DNA from: Rhina ancylostomus
Taxonomy: Eukaryota
Assembly: GCA_030265395.1 (NCBI GenBank)
Contig: JARFYF010000074.1
Span: 29,805,645 to 29,869,644 of the forward strand
Length of the DNA: 64,000 nucleotides
Direction of reading: 5' to 3'
Both the position numbers and the translations under genes were made by a program. Positions 39,845 through 54,312 of this stretch are shown here, piece after piece. The notes under the pieces were generated by a model that did not search any database, had not been told where the DNA came from, and saw only the letters and a list, made by a program, of their open reading frames with translations. Position 1 is the first letter of the stretch. Every line of letters begins with the position of its first letter.

Positions 39845-40790
39845 TCTTGAAGATAAAGAATTCTGAAGCTTTACATGCACTGAAAAAAAAAATCACATTT
39901 CAGTCCAGTAACTCTTATCCTAAGATTTTGCCCGATTCTGGATTCCCCAGTTTGAGGAAGCGGACATGTGGCACCCTGTCAATTCCTCTCAATCTTGTAC
40001 AATTCAATAAAATCATTGTTCAGTCTTCCAAACTCCAGTGACTATTTGCCAATTTTACCTATTCTCTCCTCAAAGCAATCCCCTCACATCAGAAATCAAT
40101 GTAGTGAAAATATGCTGGACTGACTCCAAGCCAAGTATCTTTTCTTGTCATGAAGATCAAAACTGCATACAATATTCCAGATATAATCTCACCAAAGCCC
40201 TACACAATTGCAGCAAGACTTCCTAATAAATGGCAACAGACTTGGAGCTTACTTAGTGTTGCCTGTTGTATTTAGTCATTTTTGTAATTTAATAATCAGC
40301 ACATGAAGAACTCTCTGTGCATCAAAATTTTCTAATTTTGCAGAGTTTAAAGCAAACTTTTCTATTCTCCTCACATTATACCAGATCTACCACTTTCTTT
40401 CCCTTCTTGTTAATGTCTATACCCCTCAGCTGAGACATTGCATTTTACCCAAATTATTAATAACCTGGGAATGGATGAGGGCCCCATACTGATAGCCATG
40501 TCATTCCACTAGTAACAGCCTGCTAACCTGAAAATGAACTATTTATTGCTACTGATTTCTGTGCTTTAATCAATTCTCTTTCCATACCATTACCTCCAGC
40601 CTGGTCAAATGCTTTTCCATAATCTGGATGTACTACATCCCTTTAACCATTCTGCTCATCATTTTATCTGAAAGTTCAGATTTGTCAAACATGATTTTCT
40701 TTTTTTAGAAGCATGTTGACTCTCCTAAATCATATTATAACTTAAGTCGCCTGTGCCACTAGCTTTATAATGGATTCCAATGTTTTGAAA
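39845..40790 (-). mobile_element. CR1 LINE fragment
   Basis: AAAACTGCATACAATATTCCAGAT..CTCACCAAAGCCCTACAC; GATTTGTCAAACATGATTT. Confidence 0.7.
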
Positions 40791-41299
40791 ACAGATGTTT
40801 TACTTCTGGATTATTTAATTTCTACATCAGTCTTATGACCATATAATGAAAGTGAGATCATTGATGAAGCAGCTGAAGGTCTAGAGCACTCCTCTGAAGA
40901 ATCCTTACAGCAACATCCTGGGCCTGAGGTATCTGGCCTCCAACAAGCACAACCATCATACTTGCATGAGATACGACTCCAGTCTAGTTCCAGCAACACG
41001 GGGATTGCTTGTTACCAAGAAGCAGAACCCTTAGAAACTTTAGCACTGGAGGGGACCTCAAATGAAATAGATCAAATTGTGCACTAAGTTCTTTGGTGGC
41101 ATTGCAGCATGACAAGTTTGGAATAAACTACATTCAGAGAATGTTATTTCCCCAAGTAGGTAATCTTCTTTAAAATATTTTGACAGCATGTATCTACAAT
41201 GGGCAGATTAAATACACCATATGTTGAAAAAAAAACCTTTCAATTTACCCAGAGTACTGTTTGAAATAAAAATACTAATAATTTGGTCTAACATCAGTG

Positions 41300-42735
41300 T
41301 TAAGGAAATTTCTGGAAAAAAAATCTTGAGGGACAGGTTAATTTACACCAAGACATGGATNNNNNNNNNNNNNNNNNNNNNNNNNNNNNNNNNNNNNNNN
41401 NNNNNNNNNNNNNNNNNNNNNNNNNNNNNNNNNNNNNNNNNNNNNNNNNNNNNNNNNNNNGACATGGATTGATCAAGGATTTGTTGGTAGGAGATCCTAT
41501 CTGACTAATTCTAATTTAATTTAGATTTTTTTTAAAGTAACTAAATATATTGATGAATACAAGTTCATTAAGGCCTTAGATAAGGCCCAACATGGAAGGC
41601 TGGTCCAAAAGGCCAGAGACTGTGGGATCCAAGACAAGTTAGATCCAAAATTGGCTTGATAATTGGAAACACAAGATGTTGGTGGAGGGTTGCTTTTGTG
41701 ATTGGAAGTCTGTGAGCAGCACATGGATTGGTGCTGGGACCTTTGCTGTTTGTTATATATATTGTCTTGGATGTCAATGTTGGAGGAATGATTAGCAAGT
41801 TTGCATATGATTTGAAAATTGGTTGGGTCGTTGATAGTGAGGCAGATGGTCTTTGGCTATAGAATGAAAGTGATCAGTTGATAAGTTGGGCAGGGCAAAG
41901 ACAGATAGAATTTAATCCTGATAATTGCAAAGTGGTACAATTTGTAGAATCAAATAAAGGTAGGACCTGTTCCATGAAATGGTAGGGTCTAAAGAGTATT
42001 GAGGAACAAAGGGATCTTAGTGGAGAGCAAGTCCAAAGATCCCCAAAGGTGGCAGCACAGATAGGCATAGGGGTGGTGCAGGCATCATACTTTATGCTTG
42101 CCTTCATTAATATGGGCATAGAATACAAGTGTAGTCTCAGTAAGTCTTGCCAAAATATTAGTCAGGCCACAGCTGAAATATTGTATGCAGTTTTGGTTGC
42201 CACACAATTGGAAGGATGTGATTGCACAGGAGAGGGTGCAGAAGAGATTCATCAGCATGTCACATGGGTTGGAATTTTTCAGTTATGGGGAAAGATTGAT
42301 AGGCTGGGTTTTCCTTACAGCAGAGAAGGCTTGGGGGGGGGGGGGTTGTTGTGAAAGAGGGGGAGAACCTTATACAAGTATACAGCATTATTCGAGGCAT
42401 AGACAGAGTAACTGGGAGGAAACCTTTCCCCATGGCAGAGGTGTCCAAGACCAGAGGACATATGTTTAGGGTAAGTAGTAAGAAGTTTCAAAAGGATCAG
42501 AGGCTGAATTCTTTCACCCAGAGGGTGGTTGCAATCTAGGACACAATGCCTGAGAAGATAGAGGGAGGTACTCTCACAGCATTTACATAGCATCTGGATG
42601 GGCACTTGAAAAGCCAGGGCATAGTAGGTTATAAACCAAGTACTTGTAAATGGAATTAGTTTGGATAGGTATTTGATGGTCAGCATAGATATGGAGGGCT
42701 GAAGGGCCTGTTTCTGTGCTGTATACCTCTGTGAA
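41300..42735 (+). mobile_element. CR1/HER1 LINE, RT to 3' end
   Basis: GTGCTGGGACCTTTGCTGTTTG..AAGTTTGCATATGA; LAFINMGIEYK; QFWLPHNWKDVIAQERVQKRF; SFTQRVV. Confidence 0.9.
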
Positions 42736-42862
42736 ATAAACAAATTTATTAATGAAGGTGAAACACAAATTTAATTTACTTCATGTATTAAATTTATGTA
42801 GTATCATTAATGCTTCAAGATATAAACAGGACTGTTTTCAAAAAAAGTGAAGGTGAACCACA

Positions 42863-43030
42863 TTAAGAAATGAGTGCAGATGACTGAATCTTGGTCAAAA
42901 AGGTAGGCTTTAAAAATGTTTTAAAAGGAGGCAACAAGATAGATAGCCGGAGAGATTTTGGGAGGGAATTATAGAAGTTGGGGTCTTGGCAGCTAAAGGC
43001 ATGTCCATCATGCAAATCATGTCCATTGAT
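42863..43030 (-). mobile_element. L2 LINE 3' fragment
   Basis: NFYNSLPKSLRLSILLPPFKTFLKPTF. Confidence 0.75.
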
Positions 43031-43839
43031 GCAAATAGCTATCTTCTTTATAATTTCTGTTATTCTATGAAAACTATATTGACTGTAATATATGAAAACA
43101 TATTGCAATAGCATATTATAAATGCTGATGTTCATGTTTATATCAACCATAGTCTCCTGCCATCCCTAATGAATTTCTCTTTACTGCAGCAGATAAAGAG
43201 GAACAATCTCTGCTAAATTTCCCAGTTAACCATCAACTTGCAATATGGTCAAATTGTGTTCTTTCCATCTCTCCCCATCCCACAAATCGACTCCTAAAGT
43301 TAGGAGAGAAAAATAGCATTCAGGAAAGCGAGGCTGAAGAAATGGAATTCATGCACGTCAGTTTCCTTGACAACGAGTCATTCCTTAGTTGAAACAGAGT
43401 GGATTGTAGCAGCTTTATCACAAGGCTTACTTAACATGCTATTCTATTATGCTATATACATTTTACAACAAGTATTACAGAGCCAATAGTTACTTCAAAT
43501 TGTTCCCAATATATGATTGTCATGTTGTGGGTTTGTTCAGGCAAAATCTACACTTTAGGAGGGGTAACATTTAAATTGTACTCCTAGTTAATTTTCTCAG
43601 TGTGGTAGGAAATATTTCTTGCTTGCCAAAGAGCTTCACTTAAATCTTTAGAATAAGTTACAGTGTATGAAAAGGTGAATCCCTACAAAACCAATAATCA
43701 ATTTTCTGTTGCTATTTACTTGCTTACTCTGGAAAGCAGACTCATGGCGGAGAATGGAACATGCGAGTCCCAAGCACAAGTAACAGAATGAATAGCATGC
43801 TAGCTGCAAATAAGAACAACAGAGCAAGTGTTCACAAGT

Positions 43840-44580
43840 AAATACTTAAATGGAAAAGGGTGGGAAGTAGTGTCTCACAGGGATTGGTGCAGGGCACTTG
43901 TCTTATTCAACAGTTACATGAATAATTTTGAAAGGGAATTGGAAATATTTCATAATTTGCAAATGACATGGACTTTGACTAAATACATGAAAACATTCAC
44001 AACTTGCAGAGAGGGCACAGCTTTCAAGGAACTGTGTGGGGTTTATTTTGATAAGGAGATAGGGCATATAACCTGGAAAGAAAGAGCATAAATAGGATAA
44101 AGGAGATATGGGTGGTGGGTACACATAAGCAAATCATTATATATAGAAATACAGGCTAATAAGGCAACAAAAGGGACTTGGTGTACCAGCCCAAAGATTG
44201 CCAAAAGGTAGTAGAGGTAGACAAGGTGAAGGCGGCATGTGGAATTCTTGCCTTCATTAGCTGGGGCATAGGATAAACGTATTATTATGGTGTTAATTTC
44301 CAGAAGATAAGCAGGCAAGTTTCACAACCCTGATTAAGCCACAGGTAGGGTAATGTAAATAGCTATATAAAAAATTAAAAACACTGGAGAAGGTACAAAA
44401 AATGATGCTGAATCAGAGAGCTTATATCTATCAGGAAAGATAGAATGGTTTGAGCCTCAGTTCAAAATCAGAAGACTGAAGTTAACTTGATAAATATTAA
44501 GATTTGAAAAGTGATGGGAAAGGCGAGAAGAGGGTTCCACTTTCAAGAATTTCACAACTAGGAGTCATAAGCATACAACA
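43840..44580 (+). mobile_element. Degenerate CR1 LINE fragments
   Basis: CACAGGGATTGGTGC..TTTGCAAATGAC; TTCTTGCCTTCATTAGCTGGGGCATAG; CTGGAGAAGGTACA. Confidence 0.65.
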
Positions 44581-45584
44581 GATTTTGTTTTCCAAGGAAT
44601 AAAAGCTGACCTTAGAGGATAAATGTCAACAGACATCCTTGTACTCAAGGGTCCTTCAAATCTGTTCTCCTTTCTGGGAATATGCACCTGAAGGCGAGAG
44701 GGACTTAATGACAAATCACCCCATGCAACTTGCTATCAAAGTGTAGTCTTTTGACAAGTTCTTGGCAGCACAAGTGTTTTTCTATAATTGAGTATATATT
44801 TAACCATTTGTAGATAGAAATGTTACATAAAGTAAAGGAGAAAATATTGTATTTTGTCAATAAATCTGAGCATATTAACCTCTATGATGAAGTGTAGTTG
44901 CAACATGATTCCATGTTCATAAATATCAGGGGGCCTACTGTACCTTCTTTAGAAGACAAGCTTAATGGATTGAGTTAATTATCAAATGTGAACTACATTA
45001 ATTGGAACTCCATTATGCAATATCATCTTGTTGAGGAATAAAGCAAATTTTGAAAATCAGTGAATTCAGGATATGTGAACTGAAATTGCCAAACTGATTC
45101 TGGGAAAAGCCTGTGAAAGCTTCATGTGCTTCACAATCCTGGTTAATCGATCAAGGCGTACATCTTCTGAAGCTACATTCCTTTCCTACTAACAACAAAT
45201 CAGGGATGCAAAAATATTAAACACTTCTAAATTCTGAAGCTTTCTCACAGGCCATCTATAAAGCTCCTTGTAATATATAATTGTTTTAAATCCATTCCAG
45301 ATCTTTTCTTCCTTTCTATTTAATAGAGTAAGGTTCATGCACTCCTAAACAGAATCAGTTGAGAAAGCCTGGTCAGCTATTGTCATATAGTAGTTATGCT
45401 CACTTTCTTGTCTTTTTCCTATGTAATTAAATTGAGATCATGCTTATCCTCTTAACTGGCAGTTTAAAAACTTCATAGAACTAGATACAAAGGAAGTATG
45501 TGCAATGTTCCCTTTACTCATTCTTTCAACCACCATCACCTTCCTATCTCTACAGGGCTAGAATAGCTTAAACAGCAATTTATT

Positions 45585-45725
45585 TAGCTGTCGTGAGAGC
45601 TTGCTGTGCACAAAAGGTTAGCATTTTTGCCCTCACAAGTAACATTTTGTAAATAACTCAATGCCTGTGAAGCCCTTTCTAATATATGGAGGGCATGAAA
45701 TAGCGTTAATACAAGTTCCTTTTTC
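45585..45725 (+). mobile_element. Deu-SINE (SacSINE1/AmnSINE1-like) 3' part
   Basis: GAGCTTGCTGTGCACAAA..CTGTGAAGCCCTTT..ATACAAGTTCCTTTT. Confidence 0.55.
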
Positions 45726-46094
45726 CTCCCACGTAATGCAGGTTTTACTCAAGCACAAAATAATTAAAAACAATTTAAAAAGTAGCAATTCATTGAGAAT
45801 GCACTTGGTATCATATTATTTTTAAACTTTTTCCATCTTCAGTTGACTGACAACATCCTTGTACAAGTAATTATTAACCATAGATTTAAAAATGTAATGT
45901 GGCACTTTTAATTTCGTCTAATGTTACAATTATGCAAATTAAGTATCCAAGCCCTTACTTTGATATAATAGTCAATAGATTACTTAAGGCTAATTTGGGG
46001 TCAATAATGCAAAGGTTAAAGTACTATCCACACCTCTCAGGGACATAGATTTGAAGACAACTTAAGTTCATAATTCTTTTTGGAATGAAACAAT

Positions 46095-46235
46095 GCTCAG
46101 GTTAAGCAGTATCTGTGGAGCAACTAAAATGAGTTAAGCTTTCAGGTCAATAAACTGGTAGATGCTGCATGACCATCTGAATATTTCCTGCATTTTCTGC
46201 TATTATTTTAGAATTCCAGCATCTGCAATTTTCTT
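46095..46235. mobile_element. Two Penelope-like terminal fragments in opposite orientation
   Basis: CAGTATCTGTGGAG..GAGTTAAGCTTTCAGGTC (minus), then GATGCTGCATGACC..GCATTTTCTG..TCCAGCATCTGCA (plus). Confidence 0.55.
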
Positions 46236-47149
46236 TGCTTTTTGATGAGCAGTTTTGCTCTTTGGCTCTGTGCATCAGCCATTTGTCTATAGACCTCAGC
46301 CCACAACTCAAAGCTGGAACTAATTAGCAATCTCACTCAATATGAAGACCACTACGGAAAGATGTGGAAAAGTTGATATTGATCACGTAGAAGATGCACT
46401 TTTCCGGTTTCCTAATGGGAGTTTTGCTCCGTAAGTGCCGAGTTGTACCCGAGTACAGGATTCCTAATGCGTATGAAAGTTGGACTGTATATTTTTGTAT
46501 CTCTAGAGGCTGTTTAAGATAAGTTAGGACACTGTGCTGATTGCCAGGATTGAAAATGTCAGGATCAGTACATAGAATGAAAATGAAATTGGACATATCA
46601 GTACTTAGAAGCTCACATTCCCCTGAATTATTTAACTGCAAATGTATTTTTTGATTTACACTAAACAAAAATATACACTGATCATTTCATGTAAGAGAAC
46701 GTTATTATCACGTCTAGGGATATTAAGCTTGTATAGCAAGTTTTGGAGTAATCTTGAAATCTCACAAAAAGCTCAGTTTAAATTTGGGATCTTAAAATGG
46801 TTTAATTATAATACTTGATAAAGATGCAATGAAATTACAATTAATAAAACCATAAAATAATCAAACTGTAGTCACTTGGGTAGAATATGGAATTCCCAAT
46901 TTGATAGAACTACTACAAGCAAGGTGACTGATTGAAGGTTATCACAAGAGAGCAAATCATAAAATTAAAATAAAACCTGAAAATGTAATCATATGGACAC
47001 AAGTACTCTGTGACTTCAAACAAATTGCTGGAGTTATTTAATGCCATACTCCAAATCTTGGTGAAAGCCTCAATTGTATAATAATGACAACTCAGTAAAT
47101 ATGATCATCAGCTGTATTGCTATCTTAAAATATCACATCTTTATCAAAG

Positions 47150-47460
47150 TTAGCAAAACTAGTAGAGCTGCTGCCTCACAGCCCCAGAGATCCATGTTCA
47201 ATCCTGACCTCAAGTGCTGCCTGTATGGAGTTTGCATATTCTCCCTGTGACCCAAGAAGTTTCCTCCCATATCCCACAGATATGCAGATTAATTTGCCAC
47301 AGCAAATTGCCCCTAGGGGAGTGGTGTAATCTAGGAAGAGTTGATGGGAATTGGGGGGGTAAAACAATAAAATATGGGATTAATGTAGGATTAGTCTAAA
47401 TGGGTGCTTGATGGTCAATGCTGACTTCATGGGCTTGTTTCTGTGCTATACTTCTCAATG
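47150..47460 (+). mobile_element. V-SINE (HE1-like)
   Basis: GTAGAGCTGCTGCCTCACAG..GTTCAATCCTGACC..TGTATGGAGTTTGCATATTCTCCCTGTGACC..TTTCCTCCCA; HER1-like tail. Confidence 0.85.
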
Positions 47461-47899
47461 TCTTTGGTATGTTATTGGGAGAAAAAGTACTACTTGGAGA
47501 ATAAGAAAAAAATGAGAGTGAATAGCCCAAGGTTAACAGAGTGAATGCCAGTGAAGAACCTGAAAACACTAATAGCAACTTGAACGTATGTCTTAAACTG
47601 ACAAGAAGAGACAGGCAAATAAAAATCAAAGTGATGGAAAAAGAACATGCAATTTTTGAAATCAGGCAAATATATTGAAACATCCATGTAACATAGCTTC
47701 CCCCTCCCCCCTCAAATGTGAGCCTATACAACAGCATACCACTGTACTGATCATATTAGCTACATCAATAGAACAGAACTCCTCCATTATCTTGGTGGAC
47801 TGGAGAAAAGCAATTGAGTCAGACCAAGGAAAAGATCATCTAACTCCTTGGATCAGAAAACTGTGCAGTGTACAGACCTAAAATGTGCTCTTTTATAAA

Positions 47900-50800
47900 T
47901 GATTCATTTGCATATTTATTTACCATGCAACAAAGCAGTATGTGTTACTAGAAAAATGTGATAAAAAGAATAAAAGTAATATTTAGTTCTGCATAATCCA
48001 AACAGTTATTTTCAGACACAAGTTATATTAAATCTTGCTTTGTACAAATTTGACTTCCCTGCCTCTTTTACTAAAAGGCATCGGGGTGTTCAATCTGCAG
48101 AAATGCAAATTGAATCAAGTTCACAGCTGGTTTACAATTGAGGCAGACTGAAGATTTTTTTGCATCATTAATGGAGTAAACAAACGTGATAACTATGCCG
48201 CATTGATGATTATCACACTACTTTTTAAATGGCCTGCCAATTTCAAGTTAACCATGCTCAACGTATGTCTAATATGTCAAATTTAAGCAGAGCACGTCAT
48301 GAAACAGTTGAACACCAATGTTATAAATTGCAAAGAATAAAAACTACTCCAATTTGAGATAAATGTTTAATTTCTGAGCAAGTCTCATAAGAGTACAAAA
48401 GTTCTATTATGATGCATGCTTATATCTCAAATTTATTTCAATTATTTCAATAAAATTGTCCCACTTAAACAAGTAACTGCATTAGAAGATTAATACCCTT
48501 GAGGATTGAAAGTAACATTTTAAAAACTTTAGGAAAACTATAGCACCAGTATTAATCTCATTTGTTATCAGTTCAGTACTGCTGATATCAATGTTTCACA
48601 TTTTGTACTTTTGAGATCCATTTGATGCATACAAGGATCTTGCCATCAAAATCTCAAGTACAGAGTGGGCATGGCAAAGGGTAGGTTTTAAATGACTCAA
48701 GACTCAGTCAGAATATTCAGTCTAAATGTAGGCTCCTTCAAAGTTCTGCATAAAATAAATTGCCAGATTTTGTGGGATGTTAAGTAATTGCAATCTGAAC
48801 TTTCATATCTGATCGAAGAGCGATACAATACAGTGCATATGCCATTTTTCTGTATTTGCATTGATATTTTTATCAATTATAGTTGAAATTATCTTACAAA
48901 ATGTTTCTGAAATTCCATAATAAATGGCATAATAAATTCANNNNNNNNNNNNNNNNNNNNNNNNNNNNNNNNNNNNNNNNNNNNNNNNNNNNNNNNNNNN
49001 NNNNNNNNNNNNNNNNNNNNNNNNNNNNNNNNNNNNNNNNTCTTTCCTAGTCCATGAATATTACTGCAAATTTTGCATGTTATAAAGTGGCAGCTGTTTA
49101 CATCTTCACATGGAAAAATTAAGAATTTGATGCCTGAACTCTATATCAAATACTTAATTATTTGATCCATTGCCTTCCAGGCAATGTTTGGCAGTTTTAT
49201 TAAATACTGTGTCAACAATGATACTCAAACCAATCTTCAAGTTGTGGACAAACGAGCAAATTTAATTTCTGGAAAATGGTTATCTAATCCAAGTATAAAT
49301 GAGGCATGAATCCGCAACAAGCAGCAAGTTATCAGGTAGATTAAATTGATAATTACTTGCACTGTAAACTAAAGTTCAAAGATAACTGGCATTCTTTGCT
49401 GGGCTTGTACAACATTTCCGTCTGACAAATAAGTGCTGAAGCACTTCTTCAGAATCAGCAGTTTATACTTCTTAACTTATAAAAAGAACAACAATAATTC
49501 TAAAAGAAAAGCTACACATTTTATTCAAAGAAAATCTTGTAAAATATTAACCTGAGAATTTTGTCAATGCTATCTTATAAAAATAAACTCCCATAAAGCC
49601 ATTCTGCATTGGGAAGCTTGGAAGTATTCAAAAATCAGCAAACATCAACATTGTGATATCCCTGCATTACATTGAGGCAATCTGAACAATTACCTGCATT
49701 CCATCTTAATAGCATATTCCAACAAAATAGTCTACCACCAAAGATTCTCAAAAGGAATTTATTAGGATTGTGAAAATACAACAAAAAATATTTCTAAAAC
49801 TTCTAAAATTAACTTCATTTCTGACAATTAAAAATTAAATCAGCACCATGCTTAATTGATATTAAATGGCAGTAAATCAGTCAAATATTTTAGGTAAAAC
49901 TTTTGAAACAGACCGGAAAGGTAATGGTATCACATTTTGACATTTAGCAAGATTTACAAACTGAGACTTTAAACTTAAAGCAAAGAAACTTACTACCATA
50001 CTATTTTTTGGTTTTCTTTTAATTGGCTCCTACTCAAATAATGTAAAACAGAAAATTAATTCCAAATTTGACTTCTTGCCAAAAATGTATTTTATGCACA
50101 AGCATTTTTCTTGAATAATAAAAGTGCTTTTCTTCAAAGAAGTTGGTAAAGATGGGAATTCAGTTCAAACTTTAGAATTTTAACGAGTGTACATCAATAA
50201 GGCTTGCAAAAGGAAAACGGGTGAAAGAAAAAGTATAAAATTAATATTTAAGAATCTCAGTTATTGCACATCACTCATCTACTTAATTTGCATCACGACA
50301 CCTTTTGAATCTGTGGCATCTTGCAAAATGACAGCTATTAATGCAGCAGGATTCTACTCAACTTTTATGCACAATTGAGGCCAACTCTAGCGGCTTGGCT
50401 GCAAGTCAAATGCACTGCAAAATACAAGGTTGTTTTCAAACAGATAGTCCTATTCTAAAAGTCTGTACAGACTTCAGTCTGAGAAAAGCCATTTTGTGGA
50501 ACATTTTTGAGCCATATTGGTTATCGCTGCTTATGAAAATAGCCATATTTGATGTTTATTGCCACTAAGAATATAGTGGTATTCAGACAAGGCAGAGTGG
50601 CTTTCAGAGAATACTATTCAAGCCAGTACCAACCGTCTTGGCCTAATTAAAGCCAATGTGTCTTTGAACTGCTGCACTGCAAAGCTGCTGGCACTTGAAG
50701 CAAACTGGCAAGCCCACAAATTCAAAATCACATACAATATGAGTGGAGGTGGGGCAGGTTTCAGCTCACAACTTAAAACAAGGGCTGCCATAATAATTAT

Positions 50801-53246
50801 TACACAGTTTGTAAATTATCTGGGAAAAATGGGCTTCAGCTATTTAGAATTGGATTTATGAGTTTATACTACCAGTTATTAACCTCCTTTACAATCTTGA
50901 TTTAATTTAATTTACATTTGATTGCATTTCTGATCTTGTCTGCTGCAATTTTGTTTCCAAATTAAGGCTCTACCTGTGTGAAATCTATTCGTCTGGGCTG
51001 GATTACTTTGCCTTGTTTGGCAGTAGGATTGGATAAATCAGAATCCGAATGACTTGTTTGCAGTTGATGTAAGAATGGGGTGATGGGGATGGAAATCCAT
51101 TAATAAAATTGGATGCCTCATCAATATGCCTGTTCAATGCATTTATATACAGAGGCAATATAAATAAATTTTAAAGAAAACCTATGCAAATATCTGATAT
51201 TCAATTTTTAATATTTATATAATAACAATTGAACAGTGAAAGGGTTAGTGATGTTTATTGCCCAATTTCACACTAGTTACAACAGCGCTGCTGAAAATGT
51301 TGTGCTACATGTATAACACGTCTCAAATTACAGTAGCACCTAATTGTTTTTGCAAGTAGTAAAAGGCAACTGGCTGGGCAAGTACTGGCAATGTCTGTTA
51401 AATTCAGTATTATAAAAAAATACAAAAATGATGCATCAAATGTTACAATAAAAGTTACTTGATGACACATTGCCATATGTTGAATCTTAGAACCATCAAG
51501 TGGTAGATGAGAAATATCTAGGTTTGCAACTATCAAGAAATATCTACAATAAATGGCTAAACTTCAGTTAAACAATGAAATTTGAATGTGCGTAATGGTA
51601 ATATTTAATACCCTATGTATATATTTTACTGTACAAATATTCAGGAAGGTTTTAAAACTTTATGCAAGATGTGGCTCCAACTTAAATGGCTGGAGCCAGG
51701 AATTATTGGTTACAAGTTTAGAACAAAGCAGCCCTTGCTTTACTCACGACAGAAAAGCAGAGTCCTAAAAACTTTACCACAATGGTTGTAGAATTCTAGA
51801 AACAAACCACACGAAAGCCAAATAATCTAAACTATATAACAAAGAATTTTATCTCTACATAATCCAAATGACAAGGTCACAACTGACTGAAGAACTACAG
51901 GAAAAAAAAAGCTGGGGAAAGCCCAGAAAGAATGAAACATGACCTTTACAGTGATTAATGATCTAGAATGTATGTAATACTTTCAAACTTGCCAGCAACA
52001 GATAATTCACATGAATGCAACAGTCACTAGCAATCAGTAAGACATGTAAAACATTTTTGATAGGTTGTACTGCAAAAAGAAAACAAACCAAATTATATAT
52101 ATATTTATATTTATATATGTTAATACTGTGATGCTATAAAGTGCAGAATAATCTGTGCCTTTAGAATGTTCTAAAATACAACATTAACCAAACAGGAAAT
52201 GTAATCTGGAAGAGTTGGCCCCCGTAAATTGACATGTCACTCACTCAGATTTCCACTTAACGTTAAGTTGACCCCTTCCCCCTACAAAGCAAATAAATGC
52301 AATTTCCTCTCTTTACAGGCAACAGTAATTTAGGCAATAGCTTGCTACATGAATGCACTCACATTAAAAGTTCCCTATCAATTGTTAATTATGTACCATC
52401 TGATAGAATGCATATAATTTGACAACTAATCTAAATACATTAAATACCAGAAACTCACATTCACAGTTAAGAGCAAAATTATCATAACCTAACTTAAAAT
52501 GTGCTACTTGCTTTGTTAATCATAGGTTAACATTTGTCTGTAAAAATCAAACAACTTTGCAGTTTTCATTTAAATGCCTTTTTTAATAATTTGCTTCATG
52601 TTCACAGAAGTTCCACTGACCAGTTTTATGTTTAAGGTCCAGATGCAATGCATATTGTATAAAAGAGAGCACTTCTTAATAGTTTTACCTTGCATGAATA
52701 AACCTATGTACCTTTTAACTCTACAGACTTCGGCANNNNNNNNNNNNNNNNNNNNNNNNNNNNNNNNNNNNNNNNNNNNNNNNNNNNNNNNNNNNNNNNN
52801 NNNNNNNNNNNNNNNNNNNNNNNNNNNNNNNNNNNNNNNNNNNNNNNNNNNNNNNNNNNNNNNNNNNNNNNNNNNNNNTTATTTACGTGTTCTTCTAAAA
52901 TATCTCTCATTTTGTGCTAAGTCAAATGTTAGCTCACATGAAAAGGACTTATTTCATTATAATTCAGCATATTATCTGACGATTGCAAACACTTTTAATA
53001 GCTTGAACGTGTACAAAAGTCTTGGTTAATCAGGGAAATAAACACTCAGTTTTTTTTATCAAGTAGGAAACACAGTTCATAATGTTATTACTTAGCAGCT
53101 GCTTACGGTTTACACGGTTGATAAGTGGACGAACATCCAGCGATGGGTGACAAGTCGAACTGTCAGTTGTGGAGGTTTGGTGGGTGGTGCTCCCTCGGAG
53201 TTAAACAGTTACAGTTTTACAGGAAGAGTTTTTAATTACAGTTATA
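47900..53246 (-). other. Long TE-free PURA 3'UTR with alternative polyadenylation
   Basis: ~5.3 kb with no recognisable TE, AU-rich. Minus-strand AATAAA at 51254-51259, 49520-49525, 48432-48437 and 47915-47920. The distal end is inferred. Confidence 0.6.
51254..51259 (-). terminator. Candidate proximal polyadenylation signal of PURA
   Basis: AATAAA on the minus strand ~2 kb after the stop codon, followed by U-rich sequence. Confidence 0.5.
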
Positions 53247-54153
<907 letters not shown>

Positions 54154-54190
54154 GATGGTAGCCTTCTTCCAAACTCCCAGCAGCCGGCGA

Positions 54191-54312
54191 TCTCGCGAGA
54201 CTGCAGCAAGGCAAGAGACATTTCGTTAGAGGCCTCCTCATTGGGCGAGATTTCCAGAGCAGTGCGCCGCCCGCCAATCGCCAGTTCCCTTACAACCTCC
54301 CGAACTCGCGGT
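54191..54312 (-). promoter_or_regulatory. PURA proximal promoter elements and 3' splice acceptor
   Basis: Perfect palindrome TCTCGCGAGA (BANP/ZBTB33-type motif) at 54191-54200. CCAAT boxes at 54240-54244 and 54274-54278. Minus-strand CTAAC branch point (54229-54225), pyrimidine tract and CAG acceptor ending at 54201. CpG-rich. Confidence 0.65.

Noticed and set aside
1-47500. CYSTM1 coding exons expected from human synteny
   Set aside because: No PPPYPG-rich or CWTALCCCCL sequence was seen.
47500-53246. IGIP small ORF, which lies downstream of PURA in mammals
   Set aside because: No MCSYYH..CISRLEFVQ-like frame was found on the minus strand.
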